Of a stretch of DNA of 64,000 bases, positions 21,882 through 33,759 are shown piece after piece (the stretch's first letter is position 1; the number at the start of each line of letters is the position of its first letter). The DNA is from an uncultured Chloroflexia bacterium. GTDB lineage: Bacteria; Chloroflexota; Anaerolineae; CG2-30-64-16. Where the stretch lies: the NCBI GenBank assembly GCA_963810095.1, contig CAWEMM010000012.1:576001-640000 (forward strand). The letters run 5' to 3'. The position numbers were made by a program, and so were the translations under genes. Under the pieces are notes generated by a model. The model was not told where the DNA came from. It ran no database searches and was given only the letters and a program-made list of their open reading frames with translations.

Positions 21882-24246
21882 ATGGCAGTCACCATCTCCT
21901 ACGAGCTTTCCGCTCCCCTCCCCGACGAGGCCAGCGGGGCCACGGACACGATCCAGACGCCCGCGCGCCCGGTGTCGCCGGTCTGGCACAGCGCGCGGCT
22001 TGGACTGGAGCGCGGGGCGCAGTGGGTCGTCGCCATCATTGGCGGCCTCAGTATGATCGAGTTCGGCACCGGTCTTGGCTGGCTTGCCGATTTTGTGATC
22101 GGCTTCCTGGTCATCGGCCTGCTCTACTCGGGCTTGAACGCGCTGGTTACGCTCCTTTGGAAGCTGGCCCGCGAACTGGTCAAACTCGCCGGCCGCCTTC
22201 TGAGCCGCTGGCTGCCCGAAGAGAAAGCCATGGCGCCCTATCGCTTGATGAACCGCATTCGCGGGCAGTCCATCGGCGCGGTCATTGCCCCGCTTGCCAT
22301 CATCATGATGGACAAGGTCAAGATCGGCGGCGCGAGCATGATCAGCCAGCCGGGGGTGACGGAGAGCCTGATCCCGTTCGCGATCGTTGCGTGCGTCCTC
22401 GGGTCCGTGGCGACGGTCGCCACGCTGAAGCCGTGGGTTCGCATCACGACTGCAGCGCTCGCCGTCGTCGTCCTCGCGGCGCCCATCGCCTGGTACCTGT
22501 GGCCGGGTACGAGCGGCTACCTCGCCCGGCCCGACTACGAGGCGTTGGCCGGGTTCCCCGAGTTTACCTTTGAAAACCCTGCCCAACCCGGGCCTTACGC
22601 GGTACAGACCATCACCTACGGCAGCGGCCAGGCGCGCCGGCCCGAGTTCGGCAAGGCAGCCGGCCTGATCACGCCGACCGTGGACCCGTCGAAGGCATAC
22701 GGCGGCTGGGACGGCATGGGTGCGGCCTACACAGGGTGGCTCTTCGGCTTCGACTTCAAGCACCTGCCGCTTGCCGGCGACGTGTGGTATCCCGAGGGGA
22801 ATGGACCGTTCCCGCTGGTCCTGATCGTCCACGGCAACCACATGGCATCCGATTATTCCGACCCGGGCTATGCGTACCTGGGCGAGCACTTCGCCAGCCG
22901 CGGCTTCATCACGGTGTCGGTGGACGAAAACTTCCTGAACGGCCATGCGCTGTGGGACGGCAAGGGCAACGAAATGCCGGTCCGGGCGTGGATGCTGCTC
23001 AAGCACCTCCAGGTTTGGCGCGAGTGGAACGACACGCCGGGCAATCCCTTCTACGGCAAAGTGGACCTGGACCGGGTGGTCCTGATGGGGCACTCTCGCG
23101 GCGGCGAGGCGGTCGCACATGCAGCGATGCTGAACAACCGGCTGAATGCGCCCACGAGCAGGCTATCGGTCGACGGCGAGTTCGGTTTCGGCATCCGCGG
23201 CGTGGTGGCAATCGCCCCCGCGGACGGCCAGTGGAAACCCATGGGCACGGATCGCAAAGTAACGGACGTGAGCTACCTGCTGATCCAGGGTGGACACGAC
23301 CAGGACCTCTCGTCGCTGGCGGGCATCCGGCAGTACAACCGGGTGAACTTCGAGGCCAATCCGGACGCATTCAAGGCGGTCGCGTACATCTACCGGGCGA
23401 ATCACGGGAACTTCAACACGATCTGGGCGGACCGCGACCACGGCGCCTCGGCCTCCATGACGCTGAACCGGGCGGCCCTGCTTGCAGGTGAGGAGCAGCG
23501 GACTGCGGCAAAGGTCTTCATGACCGGCTTCCTCGAGGCAACGTTGCACGACAAGGCCGAGTATCGCAAGCTGTTCGTGACGCCGGCCGGCGCGGCGCAA
23601 GTGGCTGCCCGACGATATCTTCGTGACGGAATACCAGGACGCCAGTTTCAAGGTCGTGAACACGCACGACAAGCCGGGCAAGATGGACAGCGCGGACATG
23701 GTCGACGCAAAGGCGAGTTTCTCGGGGCTCGTGCAGCCTGCACGACCCGCGCTCCTCCTCCGCGATGGCGTAGCACAGCAGAACTCGGCCTTCCTCGCCC
23801 AGTGGGAGGCGGGCGCGAACCCGACCTACAGCCTGACCTTGCCGCAGGGGTCAGACGCGAATTTCGCCCTGAAGGGGGACGAACGGTTGGCTTTCGAGCT
23901 CGGGCAGGCAGGGGACACGCCGGCGCCGGTCTACGTGACCGTCGAGTTGGTGGATGCGCACGGAGCCGTAGCCGTGCAGCCGGTGAACCGCTATGGCGTC
24001 GTGGCGCCGCTTATGCCGGCCAAGCTGGAGAAGTCAAAGCAGGTCTCGCAGGTACTGGGCTACGATTTCTTCGCTAAGGTGAAGACGCCCTACGAGCGGG
24101 TGCTGCAGAGCTTCGAGATTCCGCTGTCGGCCTTTACCACCGTCAACCCGGAGTTCGATGCAACGCAGATCAGCACCATCCGCTTCCGCTTCAACGACGA
24201 GCAGCCGGGCAAGGTGTATGTGGACGAGATAGGGTTCAGGGGATAG
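21882..24246 (+). CDS. Membrane-anchored alpha/beta hydrolase, chlorophyllase/lipase-like (frameshift near 23600)
   Basis: N-terminal TM segments, FPLVLIVHGNH, GY.YL, GHSRGG nucleophile elbow, D.D, NH.NFN; C-terminal beta-rich domain. Confidence 0.75.
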
Positions 24247-24270
24247 GCAAGCGGGTTCTCCTCGCGGGAG

Positions 24271-24317
24271 CATGGGCCGCTATCACGGCGCCGCTGGCGC
24301 CGTGATAGCGGCCCATG
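24271..24317. terminator. 22-bp perfect hairpin between convergent genes
   Basis: catgggccgctatcacggcgcc-gct-ggcgccgtgatagcggcccatg. Confidence 0.7.
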
Positions 24318-24322
24318 TTGCG

Positions 24323-25123
24323 TCAGGGCGCGATCGCCATTGACAGGATGTAGCTCGCCGTTCCTGTCCCCGCGGCGACCCGGACATTGATCTGGTAGTC
24401 CTGCGTGCTGGGCAGCACGAGGGTGAAGAACGGATCTCCGACCTCCACCCGCTTGTAAGGCTGGCCGTCGGTCAGGCCGACCACGGAGAAGTTGGCGCTG
24501 CGGTTGGCCGAGACCAACGCCACCCGCATCCACTGGCCGCCCCGGGCCCGCACGACGTACGACTTCATCCCCGTATCGCTGACGCGCCCCTGCACGCTCG
24601 CCACAGTTGCGCCCGGCGGGAAGTTGATCCGTTCGCCCTGGGGCGGCGGCTCCGGCGTTCCGCCACGGGCAATAATCTGCACGTAGAACGGGGTTGCGCC
24701 GCTGGCGCCGAGACCGAATAGCTGCCCGTTCGACCGCCGGAATTTCCAGTCGCTGCGATAGACGCCTTCGGCGGCGGGCGCCTGCATCTTGATGCTGATG
24801 TTCGCGCTCTGCCCGCCCTTCACCGATTCGTTCAGCGGCACCCGGGTCGCGCTGGTCATCATTGTGCCGCCCACCATCTCGAGGCTATCCACGCTCGTCC
24901 CCGGGCCCCACGGGCACGTCCCATCGTTGCGCAGGCGCCAGGTCTTTACGAACGGCTTGCCGGGCGCGGTGATCGTGTTGTCCGGCATGGTCACGTCGCT
25001 GATAAAGGTCGCACGATACGTACATGCGGCTTTTCGCGGCGACTGGGCCCCGGCGGCCGGTGCGCCAAACGCCAACAGGATGAGGATCAAGGCAATTGTT
25101 CGAGCCACTACGTGCGCTTTCAT
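24323..25123 (-). CDS. Secreted protein with an NBR1-Ig-like (FW) domain and a C-terminal PPC-like beta domain
   Basis: Signal peptide; F..DVT.PD, F.KTW.L.N.G.C.W, AP...G.Y...W. Confidence 0.75.
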   Translation of the reverse strand: MKAHVVARTIALILILLAFGAPAAGAQSPRKAACTYRATFISDVTMPDNTITAPGKPFVKTWRLRNDGTCPWGPGTSVDSLEMVGGTMMTSATRVPLNESVKGGQSANISIKMQAPAAEGVYRSDWKFRRSNGQLFGLGASGATPFYVQIIARGGTPEPPPQGERINFPPGATVASVQGRVSDTGMKSYVVRARGGQWMRVALVSANRSANFSVVGLTDGQPYKRVEVGDPFFTLVLPSTQDYQINVRVAAGTGTASYILSMAIAP

Positions 25124-25788
25124 CCAGTACCTCCCACACTTAACGTCCAGGGCGGCCTGTCGGCCGTGGGGAGCATCCCGGCTGCGGCCGCCCACAGTCC
25201 CAACAGGTTCACGTTCCGCTTGGGTTGGTCGTGGCGCAGCGCCGGCTGGCTGCGCAAGTAGGCTACCAGCGCGGCCGCATCCTCGTCGGTCAGGCCCGCA
25301 TACTGCTGTGTCGGATGACCGATGAGCGGCAGGCCCACCTTGTCGACACCCTCCCGGATTGCCCGGACCAACTCACCATCCGTCCATGCCTGGACGGGCC
25401 CACCCGGCGTTAGGTTCCGCCCGTATATCGCCCCGTAAGGTCCCCAGCCCGCCGCGAGGTTTGTCGCTCCACCGTTCAGATACGGGCCGCCATCCGCCGA
25501 GTGACACGGGACGCACGACTGCGCCAGCGTCTGGCCCCGGCTAACGAGCTCGGGCGTCGCAACCACCTTGAGGGCAACGGCCGGCCGGGCACGCGGCACA
25601 TTCGTCTGCCACAACCCGTAGAAGGCCCCCCCGATGGCCGCGACAACCGCCAGCGTCAGCAGCCCGCTGAAGAAGCCGCCCACGATCTTGACTGCCAGCT
25701 GCTTGGAGCGGATCGCTCTGAGGAAAAGCGTGAAGAAGACGTACGCGAGGAAGATCAGCATCGCGAGGCCGAGCAGGTTGAGCAACAT
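25120..25788 (-). CDS. Membrane-anchored monoheme c-type cytochrome
   Basis: Two N-terminal TMs, RG..L...CVPCH, NLTP, WTD.EL.RAIREG, LVAYLRS. Confidence 0.8.
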   Translation of the reverse strand: MLLNLLGLAMLIFLAYVFFTLFLRAIRSKQLAVKIVGGFFSGLLTLAVVAAIGGAFYGLWQTNVPRARPAVALKVVATPELVSRGQTLAQSCVPCHSADGGPYLNGGATNLAAGWGPYGAIYGRNLTPGGPVQAWTDGELVRAIREGVDKVGLPLIGHPTQQYAGLTDEDAAALVAYLRSQPALRHDQPKRNVNLLGLWAAAAGMLPTADRPPWTLSVGGTG

Positions 25789-25923
25789 GACGTCCTCCGC
25801 TGTGAATCCGGCAGCCGTTTACGCCCGGCCCATTCTGCGCTAGAATGCCAGGATCAGCCTCGCAGCCCGCCGGCAAACCGTCGTCGTGAAGTGATTCTAG
25901 CGCAAGCGCGAAGCAAACTCAAG

Positions 25924-25977
25924 TGTGACGCAAAGTCACATGTGACGCTCACATGTGACGCTCACGTGTCACGCTCA
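25924..25977. repeat. Tandem TGTGA/TCACA-containing 13-bp repeats in a divergent intergenic region
   Basis: tgtgacgcaaagtcaca-tgtgacgctcaca-tgtgacgctcacg-tgtcacgctca. Confidence 0.6.
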
Positions 25978-25991
25978 AGTACCGAGGTGTC

Positions 25992-26816
25992 ATGGGCAAT
26001 CTGGCCCCACCCGTCAGCCAACTCGATCGCACGCCGGGGATCGTGCTCATCCTCGCGGCGATTGCATTCTATATCATCGCAGCCATCGCCCTGTCGCTCG
26101 TCTCGCGCCGGCTCGCCCGGCCCATCGTGGTGCTCGGCCGCCGGCTTCCGGGGAAACACACGATGGCCCCGTCGCGGCAGAAGACGCTCGAGAGCCTGAT
26201 CGCCAGCCTGATCTCCCTGCTCGGCTTCGTGCTGGCGCTGGTGGGCGTTTTCTCGTTATTCGTCGACTCCGAGCGGCTTATCTGGATCATCGGCCTGTTC
26301 AGCGCAGCATTTGGGCTCGGTGCGCGCGGCCTGGTCGCAGACATCCTCGCCGGCACCCGGTTTATATTCCGCAACACTTTTACCATCGGCGAGAAGGTCG
26401 AGCTCAATGTGGCCGGGGTCGTGGTCGAAGGCACGGTTGAAGAGGTCAACGTCACTAACACGTTGGTCCACGCGCTGTCCGGCGAAGCCTACGTCGTGCC
26501 GAACGGCGACATCAGCGTCATCCGCAACTTCAGCCGGGCGCCTTACTCCGCCGCCCGCATCAAGTTCCTAATCAAGAGCGAGCACCTGGGCCACGCACTG
26601 GACGCGCTGGGCGCCATGGCCGGCCGTGCCGAGGCTGAGGTTTCAGAGCTGATCGAACCCTTTCAGGTGCTGTCGACGTCTGATACGATGGGAAATAAAG
26701 TCGAGTTGACCATCATGGCGCACTGCGCCTATGCTAAGGCCGCGACGGTGAAGCTGCGGCTTATGGACCTGGTCTACCACGGGCTGCGCGAGGCCGGGGT
26801 AGAGGTCGTCGATTGA
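25992..26816 (+). CDS. Small-conductance mechanosensitive channel (MscS family)
   Basis: Three TMs, FGLGA..LV.DI.AG, GE.V, G.VEEV, VPNG.I..I.NFSR. Confidence 0.8.
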   Translation: MGNLAPPVSQLDRTPGIVLILAAIAFYIIAAIALSLVSRRLARPIVVLGRRLPGKHTMAPSRQKTLESLIASLISLLGFVLALVGVFSLFVDSERLIWIIGLFSAAFGLGARGLVADILAGTRFIFRNTFTIGEKVELNVAGVVVEGTVEEVNVTNTLVHALSGEAYVVPNGDISVIRNFSRAPYSAARIKFLIKSEHLGHALDALGAMAGRAEAEVSELIEPFQVLSTSDTMGNKVELTIMAHCAYAKAATVKLRLMDLVYHGLREAGVEVVD

Positions 26817-26832
26817 GGCCAAGGAGTGATTC

Positions 26833-28001
26833 ATGAAACAGACCCAATTATTGGCCCGTATCACTGCCCTGTTCGCCATCGTGGCGCTGCTTGGTGCGGG
26901 CTGTGCGCCCATTCCCGTTGGTCCGCAACCGGCGACGTCGCCGACGTCGGCCGTCTTCCTCCCCGGGGTCGCGGCCGCTCCTGGCGCCCTGACGTCGCCC
27001 TTGCAGCCGACCGCCGTCATCACCGGCACAACCGCACCCTTGCCGACGCCCCCACCCACGCCGACTTCGTGGGAGCCGACCGCAACACCCTTGCCCACGC
27101 TCGTCGGCCCGACCTGGGAGTGGGTGTCGTCCACGTTTAAGGACGGGACCGTACTCGCCCCCGGCGATCCGTCCCGCTATACCTTCCAACTGCTGGGAGA
27201 CGGCAACGCGCTGGTGCAGGCCGACTGCAACTTTGGCACCGGCACTTACGAGGAGTCGGGCGCCAGCATCTCGTTCGGCGCGATCGGCACGACGAAGATG
27301 GCCTGTCCCCCCGACTCGATGGATTCGGCCTTCCTCGCGCAACTGAAGAACGCAGCCACGTTCACCCTGGAAGGGGACAACGCCGTGCTGTCGCTCGAGG
27401 ACGAGGCGGGAACAATGCAGCTGCGGCCCGTGCCGGGTGAGGCGTCCGCCTCCACGCCGGGAACTGTGGCACCCGCCGCTTCGTCGACACCGCTGCCGAC
27501 CGACACGCCCTGGCCTGCAACGGCCCAGCCACCGGCACCCTCTGCCACACCGACCGCACTGCCGCCGCCCCTACCAACGCCCGCGCCCGTCCTGATCGGC
27601 ACGCCGGTGGCCCTGCCGACCGGCGTCGACGGCAGCGCGGCGGCGCGCTGCCCGCGCTTGCCGGTACGAGCTGGGTGCTGACAGGGCTGATCGCCAATGG
27701 GCAAGCCATTCCCCCGCTTGGCGACGCGCCCGTGACCCTGGAGGTCGATCCGAACGGCGGTCGCATCAGCGGCACGACGGGGTGCAACCTGTATCGCGCG
27801 ATCCTGAACAGCGATGCGAACGGCGCCACCATCATGGGCCCGGCCCTGATGACCCAGAAAGCGTGCGCGGCGAACCTGATGGTGCAGGAAGTCGAGTTCA
27901 TCGACTCCCTCCTGCGCACCCACAGCTACACGGTGAGTGGCACCGAGCTGACGCTGCTGGACACGGGAGGACAAACCCTCCTGGTGTTTGCAAAGAAGTA
28001 A
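26833..28001 (+). CDS. Lipoprotein with two META (HslJ-like) domains and Pro/Thr linkers (frameshift near 27640)
   Basis: Lipobox GAGC; ADCN...TKMACP and GCN...TQKAC motifs. Confidence 0.8.
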
Positions 28002-28055
28002 CCGGCGGCAGGCAGCAGCAGGTGTTATCGAATTGAAGACGCTAGAAAGTAACAG

Positions 28056-28763
28056 ATGCAAGAAAGAAGACCGGTGCGCCAGCCTTCGGGCTGGCGTTAC
28101 GTATTGATAGGCGTATTGACCTTTGTCTTTGCGGCATCGCTGTTGATGGCCGGGTTGGTGCTCGGGGGCGGCGCCGCGCTCGTCGACCGGGTGCTCCAGG
28201 GCTTCGGCCTGGTTCCGAGCGCCGCACCTACGCCCACGTTCATCTCTGGCGACGCCATCGTGCAGGAAATCCGCCAGGTGAGCCGGCTGGAAACGACGAC
28301 CTACACCATCGAGCGCGTCATCGAGGCGAAGCAATCCGACCCGGCCTGGCCCGATTGGCTGCGCGGCGACCGGCTGCTCCTGATCGCCAACGGGACGGTG
28401 GTTGCGGGGGTGGACCTGGAGAAACTGCAATCGAGCGACGTAGTCGTTGGCCCCGACGGCCGGTCCGTGACGGTGACCCTGCCGCCTGTCGAGATCTTCA
28501 ACCCGAACAGCATCTTGAACAACGCCAAGACGCGCGTGTACGACCGCCAGACGGGCCTGCTTGCCGTGCCGAACCAGGACCTGGAAACCCAAGCCCGCCA
28601 GGCCGCCCAGGGTCAACTCCTACAGGCCGCGTGCGACGAGGGCGTCATGGATCGTGCGGCCGAAGACTCGCGGGAGGCAGTCAGCAAGATGCTCTCGCTC
28701 TCAAATCTCCAGGCGACCGTGCGCGCCGCTCCGGTGCCCGATTGCCCGTGGGGGTCGGAATAG
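28056..28763 (+). CDS. DUF4230 domain protein
   Basis: N-terminal TM, LET, G.V.AGVDL, V.LP..EI, A...GV...A. Confidence 0.75.
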   Translation: MQERRPVRQPSGWRYVLIGVLTFVFAASLLMAGLVLGGGAALVDRVLQGFGLVPSAAPTPTFISGDAIVQEIRQVSRLETTTYTIERVIEAKQSDPAWPDWLRGDRLLLIANGTVVAGVDLEKLQSSDVVVGPDGRSVTVTLPPVEIFNPNSILNNAKTRVYDRQTGLLAVPNQDLETQARQAAQGQLLQAACDEGVMDRAAEDSREAVSKMLSLSNLQATVRAAPVPDCPWGSE

Positions 28764-30080
28764 AACCGGCAGGCGGCACCTGCAAGTGAGCCAGAAACCA
28801 GGTTTCTTCTTCAGGAGCCGGCAGGTTCCGCCGTACGCCAGGTCGAGCAGTTGCATCGTGTGGTAGATCGCCAGGGGCTGCCCGTTGCGCTGCAGGTGGG
28901 TCTTGATCTGCACCAGGCAGCCGATGTTGCCTGCCGCGACCGCATCCGCGCCGGTCCTCAGGATGTTCGCGGCTTTGCGCTGCCCCAGCCGGGCCGCGAT
29001 CTCGGGCTGCTCGATGTTGTAGGTGCCGGCGGAGCCGCAGCAGATCTCCCCTTCGGGGATTTCGACCAACTCCAGATTCGGGATGGCCCGTAAGAGCTGC
29101 CTCGGCGGCGCGGTGACGCCCTGCGCGTGCGCGAGGTGGCACGCATCGTGATAAGCCACCTTGAGCGACTGGGGCAGTGGCGGGGGCGTCACGAGCCCCA
29201 GCTGGGCCAGGAACACGCTGACGTCGACGGTGCGGCCGGCCAGCAGCCGGCCGGCTTCCTCCTCGGGCAGCCCCGCGAACAACAGCCCATACTCGCGCAT
29301 GCCCGATCCGCAGCCCGCCGCATTCGTGATCACCGCGTCGACGTCGCCGGGAAAGGCGGCCAGGTTGCGCCGCGCCTGGCTGCGCGCCCGATCCTGCTCG
29401 CCCTGGTGCATCAGCAGCGCACCACAGCACCCCTGCCCCTGCGGAATGACGACCTCGACACCGTTCCGAGCCAGCACCCGCAGCGTTGCCCAATTGATCC
29501 CCGGGTCTAGCACCTGCTGCACGCAGCCCGCCAGCAGCGCCACACGGGCCCGCCGGACGCCTTGAGCCGGATACAAGGCCGGGAGCGGCCGCGCAGGCGG
29601 GAGACTGTCGGGCACCAGGTGCAGCATCGGCCTCAGAGCGGCGGGGGCGAGCACCTGCACCGGCCTCGTTGCCTTGCCCAGCCGTGCCGCGTGCCGGAAG
29701 CGCGCGGGATAGGGCAGCGTCTCCCGGATCAGCATCCGCCGGACCCGGTGCATGACCGGGCGCTTCCGCCGGCCTTCCGTGTACGCTCGATAGGAAGAGA
29801 CGAGTTCCCCGTACTGCACGCCCGAAGGGCACGCGGTCACGCAGCCCAGGCAGCCCAGGCAGCGGTCGATGTAGGGCAGGGTCTCCTCCAGGGATAGCTC
29901 CCCTTCTAGCGCTGACTTCATCAGGAAGATGCGGCCGCGCGGGGAATCCATCTCCTCGCCCAGTTCCCGGTAGGTGGGACAGGCGGGCAGGCAGAAGCCG
30001 CAGTGGACGCACGCCTCGATGGCATGCGCCATGGCGGGCCCCTGGGCACCTAAAGTCTCGACTCGAATCTTATGTTGCAT
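28701..30080 (-). CDS. glcF: Glycolate oxidase Fe-S subunit GlcF (homology ends near 28830; the tail runs through a repeat)
   Basis: [56 protein letters not shown]. Confidence 0.88.
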   Translation of the reverse strand: MQHKIRVETLGAQGPAMAHAIEACVHCGFCLPACPTYRELGEEMDSPRGRIFLMKSALEGELSLEETLPYIDRCLGCLGCVTACPSGVQYGELVSSYRAYTEGRRKRPVMHRVRRMLIRETLPYPARFRHAARLGKATRPVQVLAPAALRPMLHLVPDSLPPARPLPALYPAQGVRRARVALLAGCVQQVLDPGINWATLRVLARNGVEVVIPQGQGCCGALLMHQGEQDRARSQARRNLAAFPGDVDAVITNAAGCGSGMREYGLLFAGLPEEEAGRLLAGRTVDVSVFLAQLGLVTPPPLPQSLKVAYHDACHLAHAQGVTAPPRQLLRAIPNLELVEIPEGEICCGSAGTYNIEQPEIAARLGQRKAANILRTGADAVAAGNIGCLVQIKTHLQRNGQPLAIYHTMQLLDLAYGGTCRLLKKKPGFWLTCRCRLPVLFRPPRAIGHRSGAHGRLEI

Positions 30081-30135
30081 CGGCCTCTAAATCATTCGCA
30101 GCATCAAAACGCGTCCCGGCCCCGGCCGGCCTGCC

Positions 30136-31234
30136 TCATCGCACGGGGAAGCGTCCGCCCGGGTTCATCGCGGACCGCACGCGCTCCTCGAACGGCCGGC
30201 CGTTCGAAACCCCGAGTCGCACCTTCGCGCCCCCACCCATCAGGACAAGGGCCGGCAATCCCAGGGTGCGCAGGGCGACTGTCGATCTCCGCAACGGGCG
30301 CGTTGGTCGCCACCCAACCCACCTGGCCCCCGCCGCTGTACCGCCGTAGCACGCCGGGATCGAGCCCGAGAAGCGCGGCCTCCACATCGGGAATCTGGCG
30401 CGGCGTGAGCGGGATCTTCAGCAGAGTCCACGGTCTCGGCGCCCAGCGGAGCTCTTGCACGTCTTCCCACAGCGCGGCGTCTGCGTCGCCCGTGACGGCC
30501 GTTGCGCGCTCGAGCAGGCCTGCCAGGCGCTCGAGCCGCTCGGGGAGTGCCTCGGGCAGGCCGGCGAGCCGCGCCCAAACCGCATAGCAGTGGGGTCCGC
30601 CCGGCACCAGGTCGAGCGCGTGGATATCCATTCCCGACGCGGCAGCCTTGTGCAGGACGTCGACGGCCTCCGGCGGGTCGACGCACGGCACGACAAGAGT
30701 GGCATACGCCCGCGGCGCCGGGAACACCTTGAAAGTCAGCTCGGCCAGTATACCGAACATACCCAGGCTGCCGGCCATCAGCTTTGGGATGTCGAATCCG
30801 GCCGCGTTCTTGACCACCTTGCCCCCGGCCTTGATCAACTGGCCGCCGGCATCCACGTAGCGCACTCCCAGGATAAAATCGCGCACGCCGCCATAGCGGT
30901 ACCGGCCCGGACCGCTCAACCCGCTGGCCGCGGTCCCGCCCAGCGTAGCGCCGGTCTTCACCAGGGGTGGATCGAAGGGCAGGAACTGGCCGTGGTCGGC
31001 GAGCACCGAGCTAATGAACGAGAGCCGGGTCCCGGCGTATGCGGTAAACGTATACTCGCCCGGCTCGTACTCGAGCACCCCCGCCAATCCGGTCATGTCG
31101 ATCTGCTCCACACCCGGCAGGGGCGCGGAGAGTGCCGTCTTGCTCCCACAGCCCACTGCCTGCACCTGTGGCGCAGACAAGACCGCCTCACACAATTGCT
31201 CCACCTTCGCCGGCTTCATTGCCACCCCAGGCAT
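30136..31234 (-). CDS. glcE: Glycolate oxidase FAD subunit GlcE (frameshift near 30280)
   Basis: G.GSK, YEP.E, PFDPP, TLGG, GPGR..YG.VRD, GGKVVKN.AGFD..KL..GS.G..G; RBS AGGAGGAG. Confidence 0.88.
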
Positions 31235-31257
31235 ATACTCCTCCTGAGACTGAGGAC

Positions 31258-31349
31258 AACCACGAAGTCACCAAGTCACCAGGTCCCATAAAGAAGACCG
31301 ATCACAAAAATCGCTGTGTGAAGCCTCGTGTCTTGGTGTCTTTGTGGTT
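31258..31349. repeat. 8-bp-periodic palindrome (copy B)
   Basis: cacgaagt-caccaagt-caccaggt...cctcgtgt-cttggtgt-ctttgtgg between glcD and glcE. Confidence 0.75.
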
Positions 31350-31354
31350 CACGT

Positions 31355-32828
31355 CTACTCGCGCGAAATGACCCCCGCCTTCTCCAACGGATGCGGGCCG
31401 GCGTGGCTCAGGCTGGGAGCGTCGCCGCCCGGGAACATCTTGCCCGGGTTGGAGATCTCCAGCGGGTCGATCGCCCGGCGAATGCGCTGCATCGCTTCGA
31501 CGTCTGCCGGCCCGAACATGCGCGGCAGGTAGGCCCGCTTCTCCACGCCTATGCCGTGCTCGCCGGTGATCGATCCGCCGAAGGCGATGCACATCTCCAG
31601 GATTTCGCCCGCCAGCGCCTCGGCCCGCTCGTACTCGCCCGCTGCGCGGCCGTCGTACAGGATCAACGGGTGGAGGTTGCCGTCGCCCGCATGGAACACA
31701 TTAGCCACCCGGATACCGTACTGTTTGCTCAGCCGCTCGATCTGGGCCAGCGCCTGGCCCAGCTTGCCCCGGGGCACCACGCCGTCATTCACGATGTAGT
31801 CGGGACTTAGCCGGCCCACCGCGGAAAACGCGCTCTTGCGCCCCTTCCAGATGCGCAGCCGGTCGGCTTCATCCTGTGCCACCCGCACTTGATAGGCACC
31901 CGACGACTCGATGATGGGCAGCAGGCGTTGGAACTCCCGCTCGACTTGCCCGCCGCCGTCGCCACCAGGGGTTGGCACCTTCGCCATCCAGTTCCACGAT
32001 CAACAGGGCGGCCGCGTCCAGGGGATACCCCGCATGGACGGCGGCCTCGGCCGCTTGAATTGCCAGCCGGTCCATGATCTCCATCGCGCCCGGCAGCAGG
32101 CCCGAAGCGACCACACTGGCCACGGCCTCGCCCGCGAGCTCGAGGCTGTGGTAGGCGGCCAGCACCGTGCGGAACCGCTCGGGCTTGCTCAGCAGCCGCA
32201 GCGTGATCTCGAGTGCGACCCCGAACAGCCCTTCTGACCCGACGAAGAGCCCTACCAGGTCAGGCCCAACCGATTCGAGGCTGTCGGAGCCGAGCGTTGC
32301 GACCTCACCGTCGGGCAGCACGGCCCTGATGCCGAGCACGTGGTTTGAAGTCATGCCGTACTTGAGGCAGTGCGCGCCGCCCGAGTTGAATGCGACGTTC
32401 CCGCCGATTGTGCAGACGGACTGGCTGGAGGGATCGGGCGCGAAGTAGAGACCGTAAGGCGAGGCCGCCCGGGTGACGTCGAGGTTGATCACCCCGGGCT
32501 CGACGACGGCGATGCGCTCGTCCGGGTCGATCCGCAGCACCCGGTTCAGCCGGTTCAGCGTGATCAGCACGCCGTCCTCCACGGGCAGCGAGCCGCCCGA
32601 AAGACTCGTGCCGCTGCCCCGCGCAACGAACGGCACGTGATGCCGGTGGCAGAGGCGCACCGTCTGAATGACCTCTTGCTGGTTCTCGGGAATGACGACT
32701 GCAGCCGGCCGCACCCGGTACGCGGTCAGCGCGTCCGATTCGTATGGCGTCATGGCCGCCGTGGACGTCAGGATGCGCGAGGGGGGATAAAGCCTCGCTA
32801 GTTCGCTCAGCCAGCTGAGAGCAGTCAC
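31355..32828 (-). CDS. glcD: Glycolate oxidase subunit GlcD (frameshift near 31985)
   Basis: [53 protein letters not shown]. Confidence 0.9.
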
Positions 32829-32868
32829 GCTTCACACCTCCCGACGCTCAGGCCCGCCGCCGGTCGTT

Positions 32869-33522
32869 TCAGGCCGGAACCGGCGCGCTCCGGCGCCCCA
32901 AAGCGCGGTCCAGCGCAATCAACAGCGCGGCGAACAACAAGAAGAAGAGCGTGAGACCGGCCGAATTCCGGAACACCCCCGCCGCGCCCAGGAGATTGAC
33001 GTCGATAAACGGGTACGGATACGAGCCGATGAACGCGCCGCGCAGCAGCGAGTAGCCGAGATAGACCAGCGGGTAGATCAGTACCTTGGGCCCATCGCGC
33101 CATGCCAAGCGGCCATGATCTTCCAGCAGCAGCCAGGACAGCGGGAACAGCAGCGGGGTGACATAGTGCATCAGCACGTTGACGGTCATCTGCAACCCCT
33201 GTGGGCTCCACAGAGAAGCCAGAAGGAGCGCGTAGATGATCCCGGTCGTCACAATATAAACGACGATGACCATGCGGACGGAGGATCGGGCGAAGAACCG
33301 CCCCACGGCGCTCTGGCTGGCGAACAGCGGTAACGTGCAGGCCAGTGCGACGAACAGGTTCGTCTGGATCGTCCAGTAGCTCAGCGTCGACACGATCACG
33401 CCCACGAAGGTTTGCCCCGGCCGGGCATTACTGAATGCCAGGTAGAACTGGCCGGCAACGCCCGCCCACGCGATCGCCGCGACGAGCGTCCACGCCACCT
33501 GGCGAAGCTGCTCGAGCCTCAT
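32869..33522 (-). CDS. Pr6Pr/FAR-17a-AIG1-like membrane protein
   Basis: YWTIQTN, HYVTP, YP..YL, YPYPF; multiple TMs. Confidence 0.75.
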   Translation of the reverse strand: MRLEQLRQVAWTLVAAIAWAGVAGQFYLAFSNARPGQTFVGVIVSTLSYWTIQTNLFVALACTLPLFASQSAVGRFFARSSVRMVIVVYIVTTGIIYALLLASLWSPQGLQMTVNVLMHYVTPLLFPLSWLLLEDHGRLAWRDGPKVLIYPLVYLGYSLLRGAFIGSYPYPFIDVNLLGAAGVFRNSAGLTLFFLLFAALLIALDRALGRRSAPVPA

Positions 33523-33664
33523 GCTTGTCCTCGTTTCGTCGTAACAACGCCCCCAGTATAAAGCCTCGCGACTCAATTGACACGTACACAGCTTCCACTC
33601 CGCCGCTGCGCCGGCGATTTGGCAAGCGTCCGGAGCAAAAGGGCTCCCAAGCGCAATATGGGTA

Positions 33665-33694
33665 TTGACAGCTTAAAAGGTTTTTTGATATACT
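33665..33694 (+). promoter_or_regulatory. sigma70-like promoter for the lacI/sugar operon
   Basis: TTGACA-18 nt-TATACT in an AT-rich patch. Confidence 0.65.
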
Positions 33695-33759
33695 CGCTCG
33701 CGTAAGTGCAGGTCAGCGTGCTCGCGTTGACCGAGGCACGACCACACGAGGTCCACGCC

